Shown: positions 17,654 through 27,047 of the stretch, piece after piece
How positions within the stretch are numbered: the first letter of the stretch is position 1
Layout: each line of letters begins with the position of its first letter
Assembly: GCA_035717085.1 (NCBI GenBank)
Contig: DASTIY010000177.1
Location: 1-59,313, forward strand
DNA from: Casimicrobiaceae bacterium
GTDB taxonomy: Bacteria > Pseudomonadota > Gammaproteobacteria > Burkholderiales > Casimicrobiaceae
DNA: 59,313 bases
Reading direction: 5' to 3'
Position numbers and translations under genes: made by a program
Notes under the pieces: generated by a model
What the model was told of the DNA's origin: nothing
Database searches by the model: none
The model's input: the letters and a program-made list of their open reading frames with translations, nothing else

Positions 17654-17824
17654 TTACATCGCGGTCTTGACGAAGAGACGCGCGACGCCGTACAGCACGA
17701 CCAGGAGCACGATGCCGAGCCCGAGGCTCCATCCGATCAGTTTCTTCTCGATCGGGAGCAGCGGCTCGTACTCCATCTTCTGGATTTCTTCGGCGATCTT
17801 CGGCTCGTTCAGTACGCGTGCCAT
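17654..17824 (-). CDS. Small single-TM protein downstream of the YeiH exporter (56 aa)
   Basis: GAGGAGG RBS; MARVLNEPKIAEEIQKMEYEPLLPIEKKLIGWSLGLGIVLLVVLY. Confidence 0.8.
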   Translation of the reverse strand: MARVLNEPKIAEEIQKMEYEPLLPIEKKLIGWSLGLGIVLLVVLYGVARLFVKTAM

Positions 17825-17838
17825 GTCGAATCCTCCTC

Positions 17839-19284
17839 TCAGCCGGCCAGCGGCGGCTTCACGCCGGCGAAGAACACCAACGAAATGACGAGGCCCGCCC
17901 AGATGATGAAGCCGAACAGGCACACGAGGTAGACGGCAGCGAGGCGGCCGATCCCTTCGTCCCACAGCCTTCTGAAGTTCGACATCACGCCGATGGTGAA
18001 GAACGTCAGCACGAAGAAGATGCCGCGGAACGTGTTCGCTTCGCCCATCGCCGCCTTGACCTTGGCAAGGAATGCCGGCGATGCACCGAGGGCGAGCAGC
18101 AGGATCAGGACGAAGGTGATGACGTAGCCGATGATGAACTTCGGGAAGCGCTGCCAGATCTCGCCGGCACGCGCGACATCGCCTGCACGCACTTCGATGT
18201 GCCGCGTCCAGACGTACGCGAGCACGAACGCCCAGATCCCGATGAAGATGTCGATGAACACCTTGACCGTCGCCGCCGTGCCGAGGATCCAGCCTTTCTG
18301 GTAATTGACGCCTTCGGCGGCGGACTTCGCGAGTATCAGCGACTCGGTGATCGCACCGCTCGCGACGGCCGCACCGTCGGTCTTCACCGAGAGCGCCATC
18401 CACGCCCCCGCGGCGAGCGGCTCGTGATGGAGGTAGGCTTGCGCGACGAACGGCAGGAACAGCAATTCGACGACGGCGAAGAGCACGACGAGCGACGACA
18501 CCATGATCGCGACCACGGGGCGCGCGCGAATCGCCGCGCCCGTCGCGATCGCCGCCGACACGCCGCAGATCGAAATGCCCGACGCGAGCGGTGCCGCCCA
18601 TTCACGGTTGAACTTGAACCACACGCGCGCGACGTAGTAGACGACCGACCAGAAGATCAGGTACGCGACGACGATCGACGCGAGGCCGAGGAACATCACC
18701 GACGTCGCGAGGCCGAGCTTCTCCGCGGCCGTGACGCCGAGGAAGCCGCCGAGGATCACGATCGCCGTCTTGACGTAGAGCTCGGGGCGCACGGCCTCCC
18801 GCATCCAGTCGGCGAACCCCGGAAGGAAGTTGCCGATGACGAGGCCGCCGATGAGGGCGACGATGTATCCGCCTTCGTTGGTGAGCCGCAGCGACCAGCT
18901 CACGCCGAACTTCTGCATGTCGGCCGGGGTGTTCACCGCGAAGTTGGCGAAGCTGCCGATCATCCAGCAGATGTACGCGATCCAGAAGACGGCGGTGAAG
19001 CCCAGCGCGAAGCGCTTCACGTCGGCCTTGAGCGCCGCTGCACCGATCGTCAGGATGACGAGCAGCGCGACGTAAGTGACGATCAGCGAAGCGAAGCCGC
19101 CGAGTCCCGCGTAAGCCTTGGAGACCGGCGACAGCGCCTTCGAAAGATCGGTCCAGACGCTCGTGGTGACGACCCATCCGAGCAGGTCCGCGTTGACGAG
19201 CAAGCCCAGCGAAAGCACGAAGATGGCGAGCCCGATCCACAACGACAGCCAGTCTTCGCTGATGCCCTGCGCTTTCTGGTCCAT
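17839..19284 (-). CDS. YeiH/UPF0324 putative sulfate exporter family transporter
   Basis: ISEDWLSLWIG, LASGISICGVSAAIA, RFPKFIIGY; multi-TM. Confidence 0.88.
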   Translation of the reverse strand: MDQKAQGISEDWLSLWIGLAIFVLSLGLLVNADLLGWVVTTSVWTDLSKALSPVSKAYAGLGGFASLIVTYVALLVILTIGAAALKADVKRFALGFTAVFWIAYICWMIGSFANFAVNTPADMQKFGVSWSLRLTNEGGYIVALIGGLVIGNFLPGFADWMREAVRPELYVKTAIVILGGFLGVTAAEKLGLATSVMFLGLASIVVAYLIFWSVVYYVARVWFKFNREWAAPLASGISICGVSAAIATGAAIRARPVVAIMVSSLVVLFAVVELLFLPFVAQAYLHHEPLAAGAWMALSVKTDGAAVASGAITESLILAKSAAEGVNYQKGWILGTAATVKVFIDIFIGIWAFVLAYVWTRHIEVRAGDVARAGEIWQRFPKFIIGYVITFVLILLLALGASPAFLAKVKAAMGEANTFRGIFFVLTFFTIGVMSNFRRLWDEGIGRLAAVYLVCLFGFIIWAGLVISLVFFAGVKPPLAG

Positions 19285-19454
19285 GACTCCCTCCTGGGTG
19301 GACACGACACGAAGGCGATCCCCGTTCTTCTTGTATGGGGCGGGCGATACGATACGCTTCCGCCCTCGGCATTGAAAGCGCCGAGCCGGGGACAGCGCGA
19401 AGCCGAGACGAGCGGCGCCGAGTCCGCTATGAATCCTGCGCGCGGCGCGCGAAG

Positions 19455-19742
19455 CTAATCGTCAGCGCGTCGTCCGCGCCTTCCGTGTCGTCTGTCGCCG
19501 CTCGCAGGCATCCGACGCACGCCTGACAGTCGCGGCCCCGTGCGCCGATCGGCGTAGTGCCGATAAACGCATTGGCAGCGCGAGGGCATGGTGCAATCCC
19601 CGAGCGGAAAGCGGGGTGCTTCGTGCGGCAGGAAGCGTCTGGCGCGAATCAGCACGACTGCATTGCAGGCGTGCGCACCGCCAATGACGCTCACGGCGTG
19701 CCAGGGGGACTTGAAAGCAGGACTTGCCTTCGTCGTGGGCAT
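19455..19742 (-). CDS. Hypothetical Cys/His protein with DRR/GRR tail
   Basis: WHAVSV..C..RFLPHEAPRFPLGDC..CQCVYRHYADRR..DRR..GRRADD. Confidence 0.65.
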   Translation of the reverse strand: MPTTKASPAFKSPWHAVSVIGGAHACNAVVLIRARRFLPHEAPRFPLGDCTMPSRCQCVYRHYADRRTGPRLSGVRRMPASGDRRHGRRGRRADD

Positions 19743-19777
19743 GGCAAAGTTTCGCGCCATTGCAAACCGCTGGCAAG

Positions 19778-19853
19778 TGGTGCCGGTAGAGGGAGTCGAA
19801 CCCCCGACCTTCGCATTACGAATGCGCTGCTCTACCAACTGAGCTACACCGGC
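19778..19853 (-). tRNA. tRNA-Thr(CGT)
   Basis: GCCGGTGTAGCTCAGTTGGTAGAGCAGCGCATTCGTAATGCG...GGTTCGACT...ACCGGCACCA; TATAAT at 19866-19871 on - strand. Confidence 0.97.
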
Positions 19854-19896
19854 ACGAAGCCGCGAATTATAGCCGATGGCTGCGACGCTCCGACCT

Positions 19897-20574
19897 TCAG
19901 CGGAACGCCTGCCACAGCGCCGACACGCCGTTCCAGATGATCTGCACGCCGATGCAGAGCAGGATGAACGCCGACAGGCGCAGGATGACCGCCGTGCCGG
20001 TCGGCCCGAACCGCCGCAGGATCGCCTCGGCGTAGCGCAGCGTCACGAAGATCGTCACGGCGACGAGGAACGCCGCGAGCACGTGGCCGAGCGTATTCAC
20101 GACGAGCGGCCGGAATGCATGCGACTGATTCGCGCCGAGCGTGATCGCCACCGAGATCGATCCGGGCCCGACGATGAGCGGCATCGTCAATGGATAGAAC
20201 GCACGCGTGCGCAGGTCGGGCCGCTTGACCGGTGATGCGACGTCCTGCACCCAATCGAGCGGCTCGTCGGGTTGATGCAGGAGCGACCACGCGAGCGAGC
20301 ATACGAGAAGGCCGCCTGCCACCTGCACCACGGGCACCGAGATGCCGAAGAAGTCGAGCACGTAGGCGCCGATCAGAAGCGATGCGATCAGCAGCAGGAA
20401 GCAATTGATCGCCACGCGCGAGGCGAGGCCTGCGTGCTCGCTCTTCGTGAGGTCGACGGTCTTCGCGAGGTAGAGCGGTGCGGCGCCGAGCGGATTGACG
20501 ATCGGCAACAGCGTCGCGAGCGCGAGCAGCATCGATTCGAGGAACTGGCGGAGGTCGTCGGCGAGCGCGGGCAT
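19897..20574 (-). CDS. MarC family membrane protein
   Basis: LLPIVNPLG, FYPLTMPLIVGPGSI, RLSAFILLCIGVQ. Confidence 0.9.
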   Translation of the reverse strand: MPALADDLRQFLESMLLALATLLPIVNPLGAAPLYLAKTVDLTKSEHAGLASRVAINCFLLLIASLLIGAYVLDFFGISVPVVQVAGGLLVCSLAWSLLHQPDEPLDWVQDVASPVKRPDLRTRAFYPLTMPLIVGPGSISVAITLGANQSHAFRPLVVNTLGHVLAAFLVAVTIFVTLRYAEAILRRFGPTGTAVILRLSAFILLCIGVQIIWNGVSALWQAFR

Positions 20575-20682
20575 GGTTCGGGCGGGTCGTGGGCCCGCGG
20601 ATTCTGGCACAGCGCCGCGCTCGTCAGCGCCTGTAGAATGCTCCGCCCATCGGAGAACCCGGTTCCTGCGATCCGTTACGCC

Positions 20683-21423
20683 GTGTCCGCGACGCGACCC
20701 CTGTTCGGCTTTCACGCCGTCACCGCGCGCGTGCGTCAGCGGGCCGAATCGGTCGACGCGATCTACGTCGACGCTGCACGCCACGACGCGCGAATGCGTG
20801 AGCTGACGAACCGCGCCAAAGCGACGGGCATTGCCGTGCACGCCGTCGATGCCGCGCGGCTCGACGCGCTTGCCGGACACGCGCCGCATCAGGGCGTGGT
20901 CGCGATCGTCGACGCGAACATGCCGCACGTGACGCTCGACGACGTGCTGTCGGATCTCGTCGAACCGGCGTTGCTGCTGGTGCTCGACGGGGTCACCGAT
21001 CCGCACAACCTCGGCGCGTGCCTGCGCAGCGCGGACGCATTCGGCGCCCACGCGGTCGTCGTGCCGAAGGATCGCTCGGTCGGCGTCAATGCGACGGTCG
21101 CGAAGTCCGCAAGCGGCGCGGCCGACACCGTGCCGGTGATTACCGTCACCAATCTCGCGCGCACGATGCGCGCGTTGAAGGATAGAGGCGTCTGGCTGCT
21201 CGGCGCGAACGTCGGAGGCGAAAGCCTGTTCGACGCCGACGTCTCGGGACCGGTCGCGTGGGTGCTCGGCGCGGAAGGTCAGGGGTTGCGCCGCCTGACG
21301 CGCGAATCCTGCGACCGGCTCATCGCGATCCCGATGCTTGGCAGCGTCGCGAGTCTCAACGTTTCGGTGACGGCGGGCATCTGTCTCTATTCGGCGCGAC
21401 AAGCGCGAGCGAGGTCATCATGA
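20683..21423 (+). CDS. rlmB: 23S rRNA G2251 2'-O-methyltransferase
   Basis: LFGFHAV, HQGVVA, LDGVTDPHNLGACLRSADA, GAEGQG, IPMLGSVASLNVSV. Confidence 0.93.
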   Translation: MSATRPLFGFHAVTARVRQRAESVDAIYVDAARHDARMRELTNRAKATGIAVHAVDAARLDALAGHAPHQGVVAIVDANMPHVTLDDVLSDLVEPALLLVLDGVTDPHNLGACLRSADAFGAHAVVVPKDRSVGVNATVAKSASGAADTVPVITVTNLARTMRALKDRGVWLLGANVGGESLFDADVSGPVAWVLGAEGQGLRRLTRESCDRLIAIPMLGSVASLNVSVTAGICLYSARQARARSS

Positions 21424-23045
21424 AAAAGGCAGCAAGGCGAAATTCACGGATCACGCGCGCGCTGGTCGCCGCGGTTGCAGCCATCACGTGGGCGAGCGGA
21501 CCGGTGGTCGCGAAGGGAACGCTCGTCTATTGCTCCGAGGGCAGCCCGGAGGGCTTCCAGCCGCAGTTCTTCAGCACCGGGACGACCTTCGACGCGGCGT
21601 CGGTTCCCATGTTCAATCGGCTGGTGGAATTCGAGATCGGGACGACGAACATCGTGCCGGCGCTCGCCGAATCGTGGACCGTCGCGCCGGACGGCAAGGC
21701 GTACACGTTCAAGCTGCGCCAGGGGGTGAAGTTCCACCGCAACGCGAACTTCACGCCGACACGCGACTTCAACGCCGACGACGTGCTGTTCTCGTGGAGC
21801 CGGATGGCCGACGAGAATCATCCGTTCCACAAGCTGACTGCCGGGCAGACGTTCGCGTACTTCGACGACATGGGCATGAAGAACATCGTCGATCGCGTCG
21901 AGAAGATCGACCCGTACACGGTGCGGTTCGTGCTCAAGCGCGCGGAAGCGCCGTTCCTCGCCGACATGGCGATGGACTTCGCGTCGATCCTGTCGAAGGA
22001 GTACTTCGACGCGATGATGGCGAAAGGCACGCCGCATGCCGCCGACGCGTATCCGATCGGAACGGGGCCGTTCGAATTCGTGAGCTATCAGAAGGACGCG
22101 ACGATCCGCTACAAGGCGTTCGACCAGCACTTCCGTGGCCGCCCGAAGATCGATCACCTCATCTATTCGATCACGCGCGACGCGACCGCGCGCTACGCGA
22201 AACTCGAGACCGGCGAGTGCCAGGCGATGGCGTTTCCGAAACCGGCCGACCTGGACGCCATGCGGAAGGATCCGCAGCTGACGATTCTGCAGAAGGAAGG
22301 CCTCAACGTCGGCTACATCGCATTCAACGTCGAGAAGAAGCCCTTCGACAGCAAGCTCGTGCGGCAGGCGCTGAACTACGCGACCAACAAGGACGCGATT
22401 CTGAAGGCCGTGTACCAGGGCAACGGGCAGGTCGCGAAGAATCCGATCCCGCCGATCCTGTGGGGCTACAACAATGCGGTGCAGGAATACCCCTACGATG
22501 CCGCGAAGGCCAAGCAGCTCCTTGCGCAGGCGGGCTATCCGAACGGGTTCGAAGTGGACCTTTGGTACCTGCCCGTCACCCGGCCGTACAACCCCGACGG
22601 CAAGCGCATGGCGGAGCTCATCCAGGCGGACTGGGAGAAGATCGGCGTGAAGACGAAGCTCGTCACGTACGAATGGGCCGAGTACCGCAAGCGCAGCAAG
22701 ACCGGCGAGCAGGCGGTGATGATGTTCGGCTGGTCGGGTGACAACGGCGACCCCGACAATTTCTTCGTGCCGCTGCTTGGGTGCGAAGCGGTGAAGGGCG
22801 GCGGCAACGTCGCGCGCTGGTGCAACCGCCCGTTCGAGGATCTCGTGATCGAGGCGGCGCAGACGCCGAATCAGGGCGAGCGCGCGAAACTCTACGAGCA
22901 GGCGCAGGTGATCGTGCACGACGAGGCACCGTGGATTCCGATCGCGCATTCGGTGCGCTTCGATCCCGTGCGCAAGGAAGTGAAGGGCTACAAGATGGAC
23001 GCGACCGCGCATCATTACTTCAACAACGTCGACATCGTGAAGTAG
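21420..23045 (+). CDS. dppA: Dipeptide ABC substrate-binding protein
   Basis: TLVYCSEGSPEGF, TRDFNADDVLFS, PIGTGPF, GWSGDNGDPDNF. Confidence 0.92.
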   Translation: MKKAARRNSRITRALVAAVAAITWASGPVVAKGTLVYCSEGSPEGFQPQFFSTGTTFDAASVPMFNRLVEFEIGTTNIVPALAESWTVAPDGKAYTFKLRQGVKFHRNANFTPTRDFNADDVLFSWSRMADENHPFHKLTAGQTFAYFDDMGMKNIVDRVEKIDPYTVRFVLKRAEAPFLADMAMDFASILSKEYFDAMMAKGTPHAADAYPIGTGPFEFVSYQKDATIRYKAFDQHFRGRPKIDHLIYSITRDATARYAKLETGECQAMAFPKPADLDAMRKDPQLTILQKEGLNVGYIAFNVEKKPFDSKLVRQALNYATNKDAILKAVYQGNGQVAKNPIPPILWGYNNAVQEYPYDAAKAKQLLAQAGYPNGFEVDLWYLPVTRPYNPDGKRMAELIQADWEKIGVKTKLVTYEWAEYRKRSKTGEQAVMMFGWSGDNGDPDNFFVPLLGCEAVKGGGNVARWCNRPFEDLVIEAAQTPNQGERAKLYEQAQVIVHDEAPWIPIAHSVRFDPVRKEVKGYKMDATAHHYFNNVDIVK

Positions 23046-23197
23046 CTTGCCTCGCCTGATTCATGCGGGCGCGCCGGTCAGCCGCGCGGTCGCGCTTGGC
23101 TCCCTTTTGGCTTCGGCCGAACGGCATCCGCCGGCCTTGACGTTCGCTCCGCTCACGTTAGCCTTCGCCGCCACTGCGCCCGCCAAGGCGGGCTTGT

Positions 23198-23233
23198 CGT
23201 CCCCACGGGCAGGGAGCGGGTAGGGGTGAGGGG
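23198..23233 (-). repeat. Degenerate copy of the CCCTCACCCC..CCCTCTCCC palindromic element
   Basis: Reverse complement CCCCTCACCCCTACCCGCTCCCTGCCCGTGGGGACG; directly abuts the dppB start. Confidence 0.55.
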
Positions 23234-23234
23234 G

Positions 23235-24242
23235 ATGTGGCGGTTCATCCTGCGGCGCGCAGCGCTCGTCGTCCCGACGTTCATCGGCGTCACGCTGCTC
23301 GCGTTCGCACTGATCCATCTCATCCCCGGCGATCCCGTCGAGAACATCTCCGGTGAGCGCGGAATGGATCCGGCGCGCCGCGCGCGCCTTTTGCACGAGT
23401 TCGGGCTCGATCGTCCGCTGCCCGTGCAGTACGTCGGCTACGTGGCGCAGGTGCTGCGCGGTGATCTCGGCAGTTCACTGACCACGCACGTCGGCGTCGC
23501 ACAGGAGTTCGCGGCGCTCTTCCCGGCCACCGTCGAGCTCGCATTGTTCGCGATGCTCTTCGCGCTCGTCGTCGGCCTGCCGGCGGGCGTGATCGCCGCG
23601 GTACGCCGCAACACCGTCACCGACTACGCGGTGATGGGCGTGTCGCTCACCGGGTATTCGATGCCGATTTTCTGGTGGGCGCTGCTGCTGATCCTGTTCT
23701 TCTCCGTGCAACTCGGCTGGACGCCGGTGTCGGGCCGCATCGCGGTCGAGTACGACGTGCCGGTCGTGACCGGCTTCATGCTGATCGACACGCTCCTCGC
23801 GCAAGATGCCGGCGCGTTTCGCTCGGCGCTGTCGCACCTCGTGCTGCCGACGATCGCGCTCGGTACCATTCCGCTCGCCGTGATCGCGCGGATGACGCGC
23901 TCGGCGATGCTCGAGGTGCTGCGCGAGGATTTCGTGCGCGCGGCACGCGCGAAAGGCTTGTCGCGCTTTCGCGTGATCGTCGTGCACGCGCTGCGCAACG
24001 CGCTCATCCCCGTCGTGACCGTCGTGGGGCTGCAGGTGGGCCTGCTGCTTTCCGGCGCGATCCTCACCGAGACGATCTTCTCGTGGCCCGGGGTCGGAAA
24101 CTGGCTCGTGCACGGGGTGCAGTCACGTGACTACCCCGTGGTGCAGGGAGGCATCCTGCTGATCGCTGCGATCGTGATCGGCGTGAATCTGATCGTCGAC
24201 GTTTTGTACGGCGTCATCAATCCGCGGATCCGGCATGGCTAG
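23235..24242 (+). CDS. dppB: Dipeptide ABC permease
   Basis: IHLIPGDPV, GYSMPIFWW, ARMTRSAMLEVLREDFVRAARAKG. Confidence 0.93.
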   Translation: MWRFILRRAALVVPTFIGVTLLAFALIHLIPGDPVENISGERGMDPARRARLLHEFGLDRPLPVQYVGYVAQVLRGDLGSSLTTHVGVAQEFAALFPATVELALFAMLFALVVGLPAGVIAAVRRNTVTDYAVMGVSLTGYSMPIFWWALLLILFFSVQLGWTPVSGRIAVEYDVPVVTGFMLIDTLLAQDAGAFRSALSHLVLPTIALGTIPLAVIARMTRSAMLEVLREDFVRAARAKGLSRFRVIVVHALRNALIPVVTVVGLQVGLLLSGAILTETIFSWPGVGNWLVHGVQSRDYPVVQGGILLIAAIVIGVNLIVDVLYGVINPRIRHG

Positions 24243-25155
24243 CGCCTCTCTCCCAACAAGGCGAGGCGAGGGAATCATCGAGTCCGCTGGCCGCAGCTCG
24301 CGCCCTGCCGCGTTCTGGCGCGCGTTCGCGCAAAGCCGCGGTGCCGTCGCCGGACTCGCCGTCGTTGCGTTGCTGATCGCGCTCGCGCTCGGCGCCGACG
24401 TGATCGCGCCGCATTCACCGAACGAGCAATACCGCGACTTCACCCTCGTTCCGCCGTTCTGGCAGGACGGCGGGAGCCTGCGCTTTCCGCTCGGCACCGA
24501 CGCGGTCGGCCGCGACATCCTGTCGCGGTTGATCCACGGCACGCGGCTGTCGCTATTGATCGGCACGATCTCCGTCGCGCTGTCGCTTTCGCTCGGCACG
24601 GTCCTCGGACTGCTCGCCGGGTACTTCCGCGGCGTCGTCGACGTCGCGATCCTGCGCCTCATGGACGTCATGCTCGCACTCCCGAGCCTGCTGCTCGCGA
24701 TCGCGGTCGTCGCGATCCTCGGTCCGGGTCTCATCAACGCGATGTATGCGATCGCGATCGTGCTGTTGCCGCACTACGTGCGCCTCGCGCGCGCCGCGGT
24801 GATTTCCGAAGCCGGTCGCGAATACGTGACGTCGTCGCGCATCGCGGGCGCCGGCGCGTTGCGCCTCATGTTCGCGACGATCCTGCCCAACTGCACCGCG
24901 CCGCTGATCGTGCAGGCCACGCTGGGCTTCTCGAATGCGATCCTCGACGCGGCTGCGCTGGGCTTCCTCGGCCTTGGCGCACAGCCGCCGACGCCCGAAT
25001 GGGGCGCGATGCTGGCCTCCGCGCTCGAATTCATCCAGCGCGCACCGTGGGTCGTGACGTTTCCCGGCCTTGCGATTCTCGTCACCGTGCTCGCGTTCAA
25101 TCTCGTCGGCGACGGCCTTCGCGATGCGCTCGATCCGAAATTGCGGCGGACCTGA
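24235..25155 (+). CDS. dppC: Dipeptide ABC permease
   Basis: LGTDAVGRDILSRLIHG, LGAQPPTPEWG, GDGLRDALDP. Confidence 0.93.
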   Translation: MASASLPTRRGEGIIESAGRSSRPAAFWRAFAQSRGAVAGLAVVALLIALALGADVIAPHSPNEQYRDFTLVPPFWQDGGSLRFPLGTDAVGRDILSRLIHGTRLSLLIGTISVALSLSLGTVLGLLAGYFRGVVDVAILRLMDVMLALPSLLLAIAVVAILGPGLINAMYAIAIVLLPHYVRLARAAVISEAGREYVTSSRIAGAGALRLMFATILPNCTAPLIVQATLGFSNAILDAAALGFLGLGAQPPTPEWGAMLASALEFIQRAPWVVTFPGLAILVTVLAFNLVGDGLRDALDPKLRRT

Positions 25156-25157
25156 TC

Positions 25158-26132
25158 ATGGCGCTCGTCGAAATCCGCGATCTCCACGTCGACTTCGGTG
25201 CGGAGACTCGACCGATGGCCGCCGTCGACGGTGTCGATCTCGACGTGGAGGCGGGCGAGATCGTGGGCATCGTCGGTGAATCGGGGTCGGGGAAGAGCAT
25301 GACCGCGCTGGCGTTGATGGGGCTCGTCGATGCGCCGGGGCGCGTGCGCGCGGCGCGTCTCGCCTTCGCCGGGCGCGATCTGCAGTCGCTCGCGCCACGC
25401 GAGCGCGCGCGGCTCGCCGGCGGGGAGATGGCGATGATCTTCCAGGATCCGCAGGCGAGCCTCGACCCGTGCTACACCGTCGGCTACCAGCTCGACGAGG
25501 CGATCCGCCTGCATGGCGATGCCACCGAACGCGTGAGCCGGGCGGCGCGTCGCGAGCGCGCGATCGCGCTGCTCGCGGAAGTGGAGATCGCAGACCCCGC
25601 CGCCCGGCTGCACGCCTATCCGCATCAGTTATCGGGCGGCATGGCCCAGCGCGTGATGATCGCCACCGCGATCGCCGGACGTCCGAAGCTGCTGATCGCC
25701 GACGAGCCGACCACCGCGCTCGACGTCACGGTGCAGGCGCAAGTGCTCGCCTTGCTCGCGCGCCTGCGCCGCGAACATGCGATGGCGATCCTGCTCATCA
25801 CGCACGACCTGCCGGTCGTGGCCCACACCGCCGACCGCGTGCTGGTGATGTACGCCGGACAGGTCATGGAGACCGGGCGCGTGCCGCAGATCTTCGATTC
25901 GCCGCGGCATCCGTACACGCGCGCGCTGCTCGACGCGATTCCCGAGCACAACGTCGATCGAGCGCGATTGCGGACGATACCCGGCGTCGTGCCCGGCATC
26001 GCCGACCGCCCGTCCGGGTGCCTGCTCGGAACACGCTGCGTCTTTTTCGACGAGCGATGCGCCATCGAGCGGCCCACGCTGCATCCACTCGACGCAGCGC
26101 GCAGCGTGCGCTGTCACTTCCCGCTGTCGTGA
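25158..26132 (+). CDS. dppD: Dipeptide ABC ATPase
   Basis: [29 protein letters not shown]-terminal Cys motif. Confidence 0.92.
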   Translation: MALVEIRDLHVDFGAETRPMAAVDGVDLDVEAGEIVGIVGESGSGKSMTALALMGLVDAPGRVRAARLAFAGRDLQSLAPRERARLAGGEMAMIFQDPQASLDPCYTVGYQLDEAIRLHGDATERVSRAARRERAIALLAEVEIADPAARLHAYPHQLSGGMAQRVMIATAIAGRPKLLIADEPTTALDVTVQAQVLALLARLRREHAMAILLITHDLPVVAHTADRVLVMYAGQVMETGRVPQIFDSPRHPYTRALLDAIPEHNVDRARLRTIPGVVPGIADRPSGCLLGTRCVFFDERCAIERPTLHPLDAARSVRCHFPLS

Positions 26133-26923
26133 CGACCGATCAACCACTGCTCGAGGCGCACGATCTCGCTAAGCACTATCGCGCGCCGGGTGCCGGCTGG
26201 CGCGCGCGCGACGTCGTCCGGGCCCTCGACGGCGTGTCGTTCTCGTTGCACGCAGCGCGCACGCTCGCCGTCGTCGGTGAATCCGGATGCGGCAAGTCGA
26301 CGCTCGCGCGGCAGGTGACGATGGTCGAGGCGCCGACCGCCGGGAAGCTGTGCATCGATGGGCGCGATGTCGACGCCGACACGGCGTTTCGCGCGCAGTT
26401 GCGACCGCAGGTGCAAATGGTCTTTCAGAATCCGTTCGCGTCGTTGAATCCGCGCCGCACCGCGGGGCAACTGCTGGAGGAGCCGCTCGCCATCCAGCGC
26501 CGCGGTACGCGCAACGAGCGCCGCGACGCCGCATACGCAATGCTCGCGCAGGTCGGACTGCGGCCCGAGCACTATGCGCGATATCCGCACATGTTCTCGG
26601 GCGGCCAGCGGCAACGCATCGCCATCGCGCGCGCGTTGATGTTGCGACCGCGCCTCGTCGTCGCCGACGAGCCCGTCTCCGCGCTCGACGTGTCGATCCA
26701 GGCGCAGGTGCTGAACCTGCTGATGGACCTGCAGCAGGCGTTCGGCGTCGCGTATCTCTTCATCGCGCACAACCTGTCGGTCGTGCGCCACATCGCCGAC
26801 GACGTGCTGGTCATGTACCGCGGCAGGATCGTCGAGCAGGGGAGGAAGCACGACGTGTTCGCGCACCCGCAACATCCCTACACACGCGCGCTGCTCGCAA
26901 GCACACCCCGCATGCGTCGATGA
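26129..26923 (+). CDS. dppF: Dipeptide ABC ATPase (short form, no Cys-rich tail)
   Basis: [37 protein letters not shown]. Confidence 0.92.
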   Translation: MTTDQPLLEAHDLAKHYRAPGAGWRARDVVRALDGVSFSLHAARTLAVVGESGCGKSTLARQVTMVEAPTAGKLCIDGRDVDADTAFRAQLRPQVQMVFQNPFASLNPRRTAGQLLEEPLAIQRRGTRNERRDAAYAMLAQVGLRPEHYARYPHMFSGGQRQRIAIARALMLRPRLVVADEPVSALDVSIQAQVLNLLMDLQQAFGVAYLFIAHNLSVVRHIADDVLVMYRGRIVEQGRKHDVFAHPQHPYTRALLASTPRMRR

Positions 26924-26970
26924 CACCGTTCATCGGCAGCGATCGCTTTACCGTGCGGGAACCGTAGCCG

Positions 26971-27019
26971 CTCGCTCCCCGCTCCCCGATCCTCGCTCCT
27001 CGCTCCTCGCTTCTCGCTC
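26971..27019. repeat. Tandem heptamer array, 7 units (CTCGCTC-like)
   Basis: ctcgctc cccgctc cccgatc ctcgctc ctcgctc ctcgctt ctcgctc. Confidence 0.85.
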
Positions 27020-27047
27020 CTTCAGTGCAGTATCATCGCGCCGCATC

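Noticed and set aside
1-19777. Genomic island integrated at tRNA-Thr
   Set aside because: No integrase, no tRNA 3' direct repeat noticed, and composition resembles the core genes
26129-26923. dppF pseudogene (missing Cys-rich tail)
   Set aside because: ATPase core is complete and short DppF forms are common
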